Assembly (NCBI RefSeq): GCF_006345805.1
Contig: NC_043017.1
Span: 3,844,001-3,908,000 of the forward strand
Direction: 5' to 3'
Source: Octopus sinensis
Taxonomy: Eukaryota
Length of the DNA: 64,000 nucleotides
The notes under the pieces were generated by a model. That model worked only from the letters and a program-made list of their open reading frames with translations. It had not been told where the DNA came from and ran no database searches. A program made the translations under genes and the position numbers. Positions 1 through 12,809 of the stretch are shown here, piece after piece (positions within the stretch are counted from its first letter, which is position 1; the number at the start of each line of letters is the position of its first letter).

Positions 1-337
1 ATATTTTCTCTCCTCCTTACATTAACAAGTTAAAATGAAACATTCCATTAGTTATTTTGACTACACTTCATTTCTCTCTGACACTGAGTGCTTCTAACCC
101 TTTAAATATTAAGTGAATTTGACAACGAAATATTGAACTTATGACAGCATAACAGATTCTTTCACATTTTTCTTTCCGTAAATAAAATATGTTCGCGTTA
201 TGTAGGATGGTATGTCAGAGATATTTGGCTACTATTGGTAGCAAACCAGGGTAAATAACAACGTTGATATTATCTCATTCACTAACGAAGTGCATGGAGT
301 ACCCAAAAGATATAGTGGAGAGGAGTGGGAGAGAGAG

Positions 338-475
338 TTAAAGCAATGAATTAGGGGATCTTACCTTGCCCTTGTCGTCTTTCAAAGTAATTACCGATGG
401 CATTGTCATTTTAGACCATTCAGCGACTGATGATACAATGCCATCTTGACCAGAACCGTGTTTTGATCCCCAAAC
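338..475 (-). CDS. IF gene A exon 10 (tail end; read-through model ends ...LKDDKGKVRSPNSLL*)
   Basis: TTTAG|GTT TGG GGA; VWGSKHGSGQDGIVSSVAEWSKMTMPSVITLKDDKGK then either donor GTAAGA at 364 or read-through to TAA at 340-338. Confidence 0.75.
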   Translation of the reverse strand, partial: VWGSKHGSGQDGIVSSVAEWSKMTMPSVITLKDDKGKVRSPNSLL

Positions 476-1413
476 CTAAAGATGGATATAAAGGAATCGA
501 TTATAATAACATTATCAACAATAATCAAAAATGTGAACACGAGGTTTAGTCGATTACATGGACTCCGGGTTTTCACTTGTACTTTATTTTATAAACTCGA
601 AGTGGTGAACGGAAATGTTGAATACGGCAAGATTTGAAAATGCGAAAAAAAAGAGCCAAAAACAAATGCCAAAGGACATTTTTGGGACACCCTAACGATT
701 CTGCCAAGGCAAAATGGATGAAACATTATTGAGAAGGTTGTCAGTTGATGTTATCATCGTCAGTACGTAAATAGTAATTTATGCAATTTATCAACCCGAG
801 ATAAGGTAAGGTAAAATAGACATTAACGGGATTTGAACTAAGACTGTGAAAAAGTAGAACGAATATTACTTGGCAATGTGTCCACGGCTCTAACAATTTT
901 GATTGAAGACAAGGATTAGCAACTGTTTTCTTGTCCGTCGTTTCTGCAGTCGACAAAGAAGTGGCATCCATTTCGAATTAACTGCTAATGGTTTTAAAGT
1001 AAGGGATATAGGCACAGCTTGGAAACATTCTTAGCAACACGGCTGCAATGTAACTGAATCAACATCACCACCCTCGTGATCATCATCATCATCAGCAGCA
1101 GCAGCAGCAGCAGTAGGAGCAGCAGTAGCATCATCACCCGCATCATCATTGTCATCGTCATCTTTACCATTTTCACGTCCACATTTGCATGCTCACATGG
1201 GTCAGATGTAATGGAAATAAATTAGCAGACATATCAGCAACCATATAACTAATATTGCTCTAGAGAGCCATGGGATGTGCTGAGTCCCATCAATGAGATT
1301 CCATTCTCTTCATTGCTCTGCCTCCACTTTTATCGATTTAAATTGGCGCTTATCATATCTAATATCTAGTTAACATGAGAATAATAATGTTATTAAAAAC
1401 AGCATAAACTTAC

Positions 1414-1527
1414 TTTGACCATATTTTTACCAACAGAAAACACATCACCGTTGGTAAATGTATGGACGTTGGTCTTGCCATTTTCTAGCCTTTGGGTCAA
1501 TGTCCAGTTCTTTATGTTAGTTGGGCT
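1414..1527 (-). CDS. IF gene A exon 9 (lamin-tail-like domain)
   Basis: TGCAG|AGC CCA...GTC AAA|GTAAGT; 114 nt; SPTNIKNWTLTQRLENGKTNVHTFTNGDVFSVGKNMVK. Confidence 0.88.
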
Positions 1528-1666
1528 CTGCAATTAGAAAGAGCAAACACATTATACATTGCAGAAGGAATAACGATGACTATAAATTACGTAGATAACG
1601 AATGCTATGAGACGTGACAGAGGTTAAATAGATTTCTATATCTGTGAACGTGTACGTGTGTGTGTG

Positions 1667-1725
<59 letters not shown>

Positions 1726-1904
1726 TGAAGATTAGTGCGTCTTCGATGAGGCATTTGGAGCAAGCAGTAGTGTGCTTCTCGTCATGCACACATTATGACC
1801 TTTTCAGCGTTGTAACGTATGTATTTGAACATGTTATGCGATGCGTTGCATTTGTCACGAAGCCTAATGTAACAACAGAAAGAAAGACACCAAGCTGGAC
1901 TTAC

Positions 1905-2008
1905 CCTTGAGGACTTAGTAAGGTCCTGAATTTCAATGTATCTTCCATCGGATTCTAATTCCACGACGCCCACATTGCCGGTTGTAGAGCGACTCATAGT
2001 CACTTTAC
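1905..2008 (-). CDS. IF gene A exon 8 (lamin-tail-like domain start)
   Basis: CCAAG|GT AAA GTG...TCA AGG|GTAAGT; 104 nt; KVTMSRSTTGNVGVVELESDGRYIEIQD; same size in B and C. Confidence 0.88.
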
Positions 2009-2724
2009 CTTGGAAAGAAAATGTCCATAAGTATGAATTTTATAAACTGTATACATGCGTGCACGCGTGTGTATTTATGCGTTATACATATAGCTATTGA
2101 TGCAAGTAGCGAATATATAAGAATGTATATACAAATAAGAAACATTATAACCAATAATGGTCGCCAGTGTCATTCCAAAAGCTAACTTCCAGCAATCAAT
2201 AGAAACGAGATTCCATCCTTGTTGGGGCGCCACATTCTCTTGTAACGTCTCGGATTGTTGCTTATACAATCTGTTACATTGTTAGGTTACAAAAACGAAT
2301 AAACACAAGAATTGAAAAACTTATATTGACTATGTTTCAAGAAGTAAGTATACCTATATACGTATGGTTATCTATCTATCTACCTACCTATCTATCTATC
2401 TAATCTCTATATACATTACATACATACATATGTACTATATATAAATGTATACATATATGTATACATTCATATATATACATTCATATATATACATATTTAT
2501 TGTGTGTATATATATGAATGGCGGTGCCCCATCATGGCCACAGCCCGTGAGCTGAAACTAGATAAAATATAAAATATATACACGCACATATGTATATGTG
2601 TGTATATATATGTATATATATATATATTTGTGTATATATATGCATATATATGTATATATATGCATATATATGCATATATATGCATAGATATTTGTGTATA
2701 TATCTATATATATTATATATATAT

Positions 2725-2775
<51 letters not shown>

Positions 2776-3455
2776 GACGGGCTTCTTTCAGTTTCTGTCG
2801 ACCAAATCCAATCAGAAGTATTTCGTCGGCCCGAGAGTATAGTAGAAGGCACTCGCCCGATGTTTCACGCAGTCAGACTGAACCAGGAACCATGTGGTTG
2901 GAAAGCAAGCTACTTTACCACACAGCCTCTCCTGCGCTTATATGCATGCATACATACATACATACATACATACATACATACACCCACGTGTTGCATTGCA
3001 GGTTTGATACTTCGGTACTTTTTAAGGAGAGGTTGTTATAACTCATAGTTTATTGTAAATTAAGTATTTCATTACAATACAACTATGAAGCTGACCTGAT
3101 TGAAGGAGTGATTGTAACCCCACCACCACCACCACCACCACCACCACTAAACTCTGCTTGACATGGCTGACTAGTTCGTAGAATGCAGTTCCGAAATGAA
3201 GACAATTTGGAAACGTGAAACGCTAGACAGACTTATGAAGTACTCCATATTGTTTATGGAGTCAATTGTGTGAGTCGAGAATCTGTTTGTCGCGGATATA
3301 AGACACCAAACCCTCATGATGGTCACCTTTTTTGACAAGAAGGACATCATTTGAATTCACTGGGCTTCCTTAGGCCAGAGAGTTATCAAAGGATAATTGA
3401 TGTTCTGTAGGGGTTCAAGATGAGATTTTGTTGCACAAGTCAGAGTACCTGTATG

Positions 3456-3458
<3 letters not shown>

Positions 3459-3518
<60 letters not shown>

Positions 3519-3800
3519 TGTGTACAGTGCTCAGGTGCACTACAACTCATCTAAAGTGTATATATAATCAGGTGTAGTTTCGGCGGATTTCGGAAAGCAT
3601 GAGGGCCTTAAAGGATGCAGTGTCATGGCAGTCAACAACTGACGCAGGCAGTTTATTCCATGCTTCAGCAACTCTGAGCGTGAAAAAATGTTTCCGAAAG
3701 TCATGGGAGCTGTGTTGTTTTCTGACTTTGTATGCATGTCCACGTGTGTTAGACACATGGAGATCAAAAAGGTGTTCAGTGTTGTTGTTGGTGAGGTGGT
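3459..3800 (-). mobile_element. CR1-like LINE 3' end with (ATT)n tail
   Basis: TRGHAYKVRKQHSSHDFRKHFFTLRVAEAWNKLP...SFK, the typical CR1 ORF2 C-terminus; (AAT)n at 3459-3518. Confidence 0.8.
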
Positions 3801-3852
3801 TGATAACTTTGTATGTATGTATGTATAATGATGTATAAAAGAAAAGGTATTT

Positions 3853-3914
<62 letters not shown>

Positions 3915-3963
3915 AACCTTACAGTTTATGAGACGAGTGATGAAGGAAGGTATTTCAACTTAC

Positions 3964-4043
3964 TTTGTAGTGCACTTCTGAGTGCACTCTCAGCGTCCGT
4001 TGTGAATCCACCCATGCCACTCATCACTGTAGACATACTCATC
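3964..4043 (-). CDS. IF gene A exon 7 (rod-tail linker)
   Basis: TATAG|G ATG AGT...CAA A|GTAAGT; 80 nt, phase 2 to phase 1 as required; MSMSTVMSGMGGFTTDAESALRSALQ; GGF-T-ESAL shared with gene B exon 7. Confidence 0.85.
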
Positions 4044-5089
4044 CTATAAAGTTAAATATATTCAAAGTAATTTCAAGAATTATTTTAGATTAGTATGTAA
4101 ATATAATAGAAAATGATCTCCATGATGTTGTCATGCAAATAAACAGGAAGTAGATTGTTTAATATTCGTTGTTGTTGGAGACGGATGTGGTTTTGTTGCT
4201 GTTGAATCTCAGTTTGACGTAGATACAAGAAGTTTGTGATGAAGAAGGTGATCTCGTTAACTGCTTTCTCGGATTAGGTCATTGAATTTGATTTTCCTGT
4301 ATTAAAGTGTACCGTCTGAACGGACAGGAATCTGGCTGTATTTTCTTCCAATTCTAGCGGAGATTGAGTTCACTCCTCCTACCGGTCGATTGTGGTATGC
4401 GTAATTGAAAATATTTGTAGATAAGAATATAGAGGCATAGATAATTAGATGTCAATATGCGCTCACACGTGTATATCAATGTGTGAATGTCCAATATCCA
4501 TATCGGTTCTTGGGAGTAATGTAGAATAATTGGTGGTTTGTAGAATAATATACGAGTGACAGTATCTTTTGTCATTTGAAGTGTATGAGAGTGATTTTGA
4601 TTTGTTCTTTATGAGGCGTAAATGTATTACGGTGGTAATGGAGAGATGATCAGGAAACCTCTTGGGGTTGTTTGCTATGCAGTTTAAACAGCCAGGGTGT
4701 GGACCAGAAGACGAAATTTGGAGCGGTTTTACAGTAGACATTGTTTTGTCATATATTTTTTGGTCCCATGCTAATCCCAACCAAAGATATTTTAATCACC
4801 CAGTTATGTTTTTTAGAAATACGTAATGTAAGAGTCCAAAGAATATGGTATGTATTTATTCTTAATATGTTCTGGCAGAACCAGCCGGGAATATTTGATC
4901 ACTGCAGTTTTTGTCATCGATGTATATGTCCTCTCTTTAGACAAATCTAAGTTCATAACTCACGCAAATCACAATTTGTAAGATGACTTTGAGACACCGA
5001 TTCGGTCTCACTGTATTGTACATATTTTCAGTCGAAGATACTCCGGACCGGTCAGTCTAACAAGAGTACTGGTTATTACTTATAGATCA

Positions 5090-5400
5090 GGAAATAAAAT
5101 TCTTTTCTGATGAGTGATGATGTCTTCCAAACAGATGATAATTCGTAGGGTGCAAGCAGACCAGTGAGATTCCAAATAATAACGTATGCAATTCGATGTT
5201 CAATGGGAATCGTCTGATCCCCGTTGCTTTTCCTCATCTCAGAATATCTCATCCCTATCCAATCTCGCTCTCCGGAGTGCAACTCACGAATTATTGTCAA
5301 CTAATGCTCAACTAAGTACCAGAGTTGCAATATTTTTCGAACATCTTTTTACCTGGGTTCGAATCCCACCAAAATTAGGTTTTTCGATCAATAAAAAAAC
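5090..5400 (-). mobile_element. Probable mariner 3' remnant
   Basis: Decayed SPDLAPSDYHLF-like region (LLAPYELSSVWK...RKEF). Confidence 0.35.
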
Positions 5401-5496
5401 ATGTCTACAATTACGCCTCATACTTCCCTATTATCACTCCCCACTCTCTTTCTCTCTTTTCCTTCTCTCTTTCTCTCTTTTCCTTCTCTTTCTCTC

Positions 5497-5532
<36 letters not shown>

Positions 5533-5685
5533 AACTGTGTTCAAACCTATTGGATGAATTCCACCACGTTTCTTATTCCCGTGGTCCAAACAGTGTCTCT
5601 GCGACTCCATCAGCAGACGAGAACCACGGAAGAACGGAAAGGCTACCAGAATGTTCTTGTTTAAAGTTAAATATTTATCATTTAC

Positions 5686-5906
5686 CTGCCCTCTTCTCCT
5701 TCAAGGAGTTTGCGGTACGCTGCAATCTCCAATTCCAGGGACAGTTTAGTATCCATCAAGTCTTGTAATTCCGTCAACATTGACTCCAGCTCTGAACGCA
5801 AGCTAAGAATCTCTTGGTTGTAGTTCGCAGCATCAGTTGTCCGTCCGTTCAGGGCTTCCTCCAATTCCATTTCTAGACCTCTTATTCTACTTTTCAAACC
5901 TGATAT
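5686..5906 (-). CDS. IF gene A exon 6 (coil 2B end, helix termination motif)
   Basis: TATAG|ATA TCA...GGC AG|GTAAAT; 221 nt; ends LMDTKLSLELEIAAYRKLLEGEEG-R, the IF consensus. Confidence 0.95.
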
Positions 5907-6599
5907 CTATAAAGACAAGATAAATAATGCAATTATTAACGAAAAACTATCAAAACACATTATTATTATTGTTGTTGTTGTTGTTGTTGTTATTATTATT
6001 ATCAGTTGATGAAAACATCTTTCTTTCTATCCCACACCATATAAAATCACGACTTGATAACTTGTATCAAGACTTTACAGTTTTGAGTGCTTATGAAGCC
6101 AGAAACAGGTGTAGGGACTCATTCTGTTAAAACGGTGAGTTTGGATCCCGGCGTTTTGTGTCATTTCGTTTCATGTTGAACCAGTGCACAAAGCTAGGAA
6201 AAGGCAGTTGTAACTGTGATTCAAAAAGCCTGCCTTGTCACCTGTGTCACGCTGAGTCTCCCCGAGAACTACATTGAGTACGCGTGACTCAGGAGCGCTC
6301 AGTCATTTATAAGTTAATATCACGAGCAGGCTGTTCCGTTGATCGGATCAACTGAAATACTCGCCGTCGTAACCGATGGGGTACCAGTGTCATATCAAGG
6401 TGTGTGTATTAGTATATACATACGTAAATGCGTACTTATATATACATATTTATATATATAAATATAGATATATTCATATACATGTATATATGCTTATGTA
6501 TGCATGTGCCTATATGTATGTACATGTATTTTTATGTATATACCTATATATATTACATATGCATATATAATAAATACGTATATATATAAACACATAGAA

Positions 6600-6651
<52 letters not shown>

Positions 6652-7266
6652 GAGTGAGAGAGTAGTGCATGCCATCAAGGCGACACTGGGGTAAAATAGT
6701 ATGTATGTATGCATGTATGTTTATTAAGTATGCAAAACACAAATATATATATGTGTGTGGGTGTGTGTGTGTGCTTATACATATATATGTGTGTGCTTGT
6801 GTGTATGTGTGTATATATATAGATATATCCCATCTCACTCCCATCCCATCCCTTACACCCCACCTTTGCTTCCCCCACTCTTTCCCATCCCTCAGACCCC
6901 AACACCACGACACACCACCACAACACATCTTGCCACACCACACACCACCACACCACCATACCACACCACACCACATTACACCACCCCGCATACACTAGCA
7001 CTGACTACTTCCCAACACCCACACCATCATCCACACACCTACACATGCACACACGCACACATCAAGGTCACCAGCCCCCTTCCACACGCACATAAACGTT
7101 CTCACATACACACTCACATGCACCTTCGTTTTGGGATTACCACTACTTTATTATCTCCCTTCTTCCTATCTCTCCTGTGTGACCCTTCTGTCCGGCATTC
7201 ACCATGATATATCGCTAGCCACTAAACCTTTTTTACTATTTTCTCTCACTGTTTATTTCTATGTTC

Positions 7267-7302
7267 CTTTCTGTCGAAGAGCGTAAGCTCGAAACGTAAA
7301 AG
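7267..7302 (+). ncRNA. Hammerhead-like motif (CUGUCGA core) in a PLE-derived repeat (~6940-7400)
   Basis: CUUU-CUGUCGA-A-GAGC-guaa-GCUC-GAAAC-GUA^-AAAG; second copy at 37279-37314 on minus. Confidence 0.4.
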
Positions 7303-7405
7303 ACCTTCTCACTTACCGAGCATTAAACTAATACATCTGTTTGTTGCTTATACACCCGTCTTCGTCTTTTGTTTGTTTTGTTTTTTTGTAAATTCTCACT
7401 GTATG

Positions 7406-7439
<34 letters not shown>

Positions 7440-7440
7440 T

Positions 7441-7442
7441 GA

Positions 7443-7527
<85 letters not shown>
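7441..7527. repeat. (GATA)n microsatellite just 3' of gene A exon 5 donor
   Basis: Direct observation; positional match at 37517-37626 in gene B. Confidence 0.95.
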
Positions 7528-7528
<1 letters not shown>

Positions 7529-7546
7529 TTATGTAATGTTCCTTAC

Positions 7547-7666
7547 CTGACCTTCATATGCGCCTACTTGACCCGACATATCGCTTGCTTCCATACGTGA
7601 ACGCCTGTTTTCAGTGGACATTTGAGAAGCCATTTCGGGCTTGGCGCCTGCTTTCAGTCTCTGCAT
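7547..7666 (-). CDS. IF gene A exon 5 (coil 2)
   Basis: CATCAG|ATG CAG...GGT CAG|GTAAGG; 120 nt; MQRLKAGAKPEMASQMSTENRRSRMEASDMSGQVGAYEGQ; paralog at 37670-37801. Confidence 0.85.
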
Positions 7667-9744
7667 CTGATGAGGATAATAAAAAATTATAAGTATTCAT
7701 TTTTCACAATCACCAATGCTGAGTGGTCATTATAAGGAAAAGTTACGAATGGTTGAGTTGTTGTACAAAACCAGTTGTGAAAACTAGGCATAAGAAGTCA
7801 AAATTACACAAACAGTTCCTCGTCTTCCTTCCGTTCTCAGTGATTTTGAAAGAAGATGGGTCGTGTCTGAAAACTACGTTGTCTGTCAAATGAAATTTGC
7901 CTCCTACAGTTGCAATATATTTTTTCCATTGCCATCACAGTAAAACAGCATCTCAATCCCAACAGAAAGGAATGCTAAAGTGTGATCTCCATGACGGATT
8001 CTACTGATCGCTAACTCAGTTTCACATATAATTGCAGCTAGTCAGCATAATTCTATCTACAACAACTTAACATCGCCTGGACACTCAGCATGTGTCTTTC
8101 AGGACTGTTCTGCATATGTGTTGGATGTATCCGGATGATGCCTTACCACACAAAGATTATTCAGAGCGTGGAAATTCAATGGTCGGTTATTTCTGTAATT
8201 TCTTCATAATCTAAGAGACCGAAATTCTTGCAGAGAAAGCTCTTCTGTTCATCTTTAGTTGCTGTAAATGTCAACCGATTTACCATTCTAATATTGGAAT
8301 TGAGTCTTACATTGTTAACTAATAGAAAAGTCCTACCCTGTACTCTTTTAGGGTGTTTCAGAGTTGACCGAACTTGCAATAGTTGTAATAATACTCCTGT
8401 ATACTATAGGCATAAGTTTTGACATTTTAGGAGGTGGAGGTAAATCTTCGTTTTCAACTATGTGTTATTTCTACAAGTGTCTTTTGCAGCTGTATTTTCT
8501 AACCCCTCTCCAAATAAAGGCCCAATTGTGTATCCGCTTACACATGGGCATTCCCATACTAACTCATAGAAACACTATTTACAAGTAGAACAGTTTCATC
8601 CTAAAGTTTACCCCATCATACCTATTCCACAACTTTTCTAAGTCAGCTTTATTCTTTATAAATGCAATATCGGAGGCTATGGTTGAGGATGCTGAGGATT
8701 GTTTCTGAGTTGCGAGACCAAATTTGAAGAGAAGGTGTCAGTCGAATAAATTCGATCCCCTGTTTGACTGCTACTTTATTATTTTTTTAATTTTATGCAC
8801 CTCGGAGTGATTTTGAAATCTGAATTTAAAGAGTCGGAACAGATATTAGAAAGACATTTACAATAAGTACACATATACATATGCACGTGGTTCATACCTA
8901 CATACATACATAGCAACATATGCGTTTCTGAATGTACCCGCAAGAACCAGACTTTCGAAAAAATTTCCATTTAGGATATTCTACTCACACATCTTTGGTT
9001 TAATGGAGTCCATGGTAAAGAAAAATTGCCCAGTGTATCTTGGGACTTGCTTTCATGATATGGCTGCGATATATTTATGACTGGATTGAAAATGATAGAT
9101 GATTTTAGGATCCCGTTAAATCTTGTTTCGGCAAACAAAATAGATGATCTTGCATAATGAAACACTATGTATATTGATCGATATAAAGTTGATATCCAGG
9201 GCTTTCTTTCTATGATCGTAGATTTCAAGATATTTGTTTTGATGGTTCAGTGTATCATAAGTAAATCTGAAATACGCTTCTGGTTTTCTGGATGAGAAAT
9301 TGCTACAATAATCCTTTCTAACTAAAAAGCACTGCATTCTCCTTAGTTTTATTATTAAAGCAAAACAATTAGGGAAGAAAGAGTAAAGTCGTGGATACAT
9401 AGATGGAAAAAAGGAAAACCACATGCTTCCCTGCATTATACACCGTTCAAAACAAAGAAAATCAAAACAGCAATGCATAAATAACTTCTCAACAACATGA
9501 TTGATGTTATTTGAAAATAGGTTTAAATATAAGAACAGTCTGATAGCAGCTGTTCCACGTGACTATAAAATGTGAAAAAGATTATTTAAATTTTTCGATA
9601 GAAACACACTTTCTACGGGTTTATGTAAGAATATTGAATTTCCAAACGATTGCGTAGTAGCAAAAGAAACGCAATTTATATAGTTAAGTTTCCAACAGTT
9701 TTAAAGTTTACAAATATCTTTATTCTTTCTATATATTTCTTTAC

Positions 9745-9909
9745 CTGTTCTTTATGTCGAAATTCCATCGCCATAGTAGCTGCCTGCAGCTGAGCATCAT
9801 ATTCGGCACTTAAATCAGCAACCATACTTCCAACTTCGGCCTTCCATGATTCTTGGAAGTCGGGTATCTTCTGTGTTTTGGATAACATTGCTTGATATTC
9901 TTTGCATTC
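9745..9909 (-). CDS. IF gene A exon 4 (linker L12, coil 2 start)
   Basis: GCAG|GAA TGC...GAA CAG|GTAAAG; 165 nt; ECKEYQAMLSK...AEYDAQL...RHKEQ. Confidence 0.9.
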
Positions 9910-10581
9910 CTGCAAAAAGAGTAATGAAAACAAAACGTTAAGTAAAATGGAGATAAACAATATTCGTTTATTTTATTGAGAAATTGTCATAAATTTAAAA
10001 CCTAATGCTACATAGAAATGAAAATATGAGAATATATTGTTGTTCACAGCAAATTGCTGGTATATATTTTTTGTGGGGCCAGGATAAGAATGCAGTCAAT
10101 ACTGAAGACTTTTATCATAGTATCAAAGAGAATTTTCCCTCCAAATTCCGAACACAGCTGGAAGAGATTTAAACTCAGCGCCGTAAATTAATGAAAGCAA
10201 TACTGCTTATTTCCTTCTTAGGGAAGTTGGCGTTGTCTGCACATTGTTATATCATTATATAACAATGGGCAGACACCGATATGCGTAATGGGTCGTTTGA
10301 GAGATAAGTATTTTAGTTATAGATAAGTGATCAAGCCGTAAATAACTGCAGATTCATTATTGGTATGCGTGCCAATGACACTGTGGTTGGTAGTCTACGA
10401 AATTAGATGACTGTAACTAACCACTTGATTCTTTAATTATGATTGCGGAATTGATGATATCTGTTTCAAGAAATCTTTAAAACCCCGCGAAGAAATTGTG
10501 AAAGGAAATAACTAAAATTTCATAGCAATTCTTCCGCAAGAAAAAATATCAGGGAAGAGAAAAAAATAAAAGCAACATTAC

Positions 10582-10677
10582 GGCACTATGGACGTCGTTG
10601 AGGAAAGCAAGTTCTTCTTCCAGCATCGCCAGACGGTTTTCTAATTCCAGTCTTTGAGTAGTTTCGCTTTGTAAGTT
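10582..10677 (-). CDS. IF gene A exon 3 (end of coil 1B)
   Basis: TTTAG|AAC...GCC|GTAATG; 96 nt; NLQSETTQRLELENRLAMLEEELAFLNDVHSA; not in ORF track. Confidence 0.9.
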
Positions 10678-12141
10678 CTAAAGAAAAAAAAAGTACGTAA
10701 GCATCAATTCATTCTTGTTTGGAGATAAAGTACGAAACTAATAAAAATGAAATTGGTGCGCAAAAGAAATATATTCTGTCGCCTCATGCAAAGCATTATT
10801 AGACGTTTATGCTATACTTTAATAACCGAAGTTTTAGAAATCATGCGAGTTTACTTACAGAATGTCTATGGTAGTTGGCAATGCATTATAACTTACAATT
10901 TTCTTAACCTTTTCTAAGTTATCAAGGTAGACATTGACTGAGTATGTTTAAAGAATTCTCCATGCATTTTAATTTTATTAGAATTTGAAATTTGAAATTT
11001 AAATGATCTTTTAAAAACACAGACATTTTGTATGTATGTAGACATCAGTTATCTCCATGTAAGTGCAAGTATCTCTCACTTCAGGATTGCTTCATGTCTA
11101 GAAATGTAATCTTTGTGTTGTTAGAGTTTATTTTGGGGCTGTATTGTAGTTCTGTGTGAAAATCTTTCAAAGTGTTCTGCTGCGTTCATTACGACGAATA
11201 TGTCGTCCACGTATATGGTGTTTATCGTGTTTATTTGCTGCTAACACTTTATTCAACACTGACCGTGTAAAAGACCGTACGAGTGTATCAAAGGTTGATC
11301 CTTTTTACTCATATAGTTTGCCTTCTGCTCTGATGAAGGAGATTCTTCTTGAACTGAAATTAATTGATTACTTTTGCTGCTATATTTAAGTGATTTCATT
11401 ATTGGATATTTGTAAGGCAGCGAGCTGGCAGAATCGTTAGCATGCTGGACGAAATGTTTAGCGATATTTCGTCCGTCGCTACGTTCTGAGTTCAAATTCC
11501 GCTGAGGTCGACTCTACCTTTCGTCATTTCGTGGTCGATAAATTAAGTACCAGTTGAGTACTGGGGTCGATGAAATCGACTATCCTCCTCCCCCAAATTC
11601 CAGGCCTTGTGCCTATAATAGAAAGGATTATTGGATATTCGTATAGATTTTTAAGGCGATTTCCATTGTTTCTGCCCCTCGAATCGCTCGTAAACAAACT
11701 TTATTCATTTCAGAAAAAACATTATTTATATTAATGTTTAACGTTTCCGTTTGATGGTGTATTTACCTGAGATACAAAAGCCCGTAGGGGAGCTATCATG
11801 ACACATCAAAAGAGGAAGGTAGAACAAGAGAAACGCAAGCACGACGCCACGAATACATCGGGTATGACACCTGTTAAGATTTTACAAACTACACGTATGT
11901 GTAGGAAGCAAATTCGTACTAACCATAGAATACTTGATTTACAAGTTACTAACGACCATTGTTGTATGTAACTTCTACAACAAACATAAAAGTTGTAAAC
12001 CCGACATGTGCAATTGAAATAGAGGCCGTACAAATGCAACACACCCTACTCGGTACATCCTGCGCCTCTTACAATAAGCGGTGGTAGCGTACTACTACAA
12101 TCAATCGTAAACATCAGTATGTATGTGTGATGTGTGTATGC

Positions 12142-12181
<40 letters not shown>

Positions 12182-12717
12182 CTGTGTGCGCAAAAGGTCC
12201 TTGCAATGTACTACAGAATTCAATATAAACAATTCTACACAGGGAATCATTAGTTAATAATATATTGTTACACCGTAAAACTTCAGACAGACATAAAAGA
12301 TTAAAATGGAATCAGTACTCATAATAAAGTACAATACAGATTCCAAAAGTGGCAGAAACGCCGTTTGGTGACTATTTCGAGGGAGATGATGTTAAAAATT
12401 AGGTAAATAAATTATTTGTTATTCAAATAACTAATCCGTGAAGTTTTAGATACCACCTCGTATATGATCTTTCGGATGTTGTCTAGTGAGGAATTTTCTG
12501 TTATATTTTTGTAATATTTCTATTTGTTGTGTTTTTAATTTTTAAAATTATATATATATACATTAGAAGGTTTGGAGATGATGTACAAGTATTATATATT
12601 AGAAGAAATAAGATACTCAGAAATCTGGATGGTTTTATATTTACAGATTTTTAGTAATATGTCACATGCTTTTATAAATCATATATTAGCGCTTGCATCC
12701 ACTCTAGTGGATTCTTC

Positions 12718-12757
<40 letters not shown>

Positions 12758-12809
12758 TATATAATATATATATATATATATTGTGAAAATTATAAGGGTA
12801 GAAAATTGA

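Noticed and set aside
4354-4950. ORFs in gene A intron 6
   Set aside because: No recognisable domain, no paralogous conservation, overlapping on both strands; probably decayed repeat
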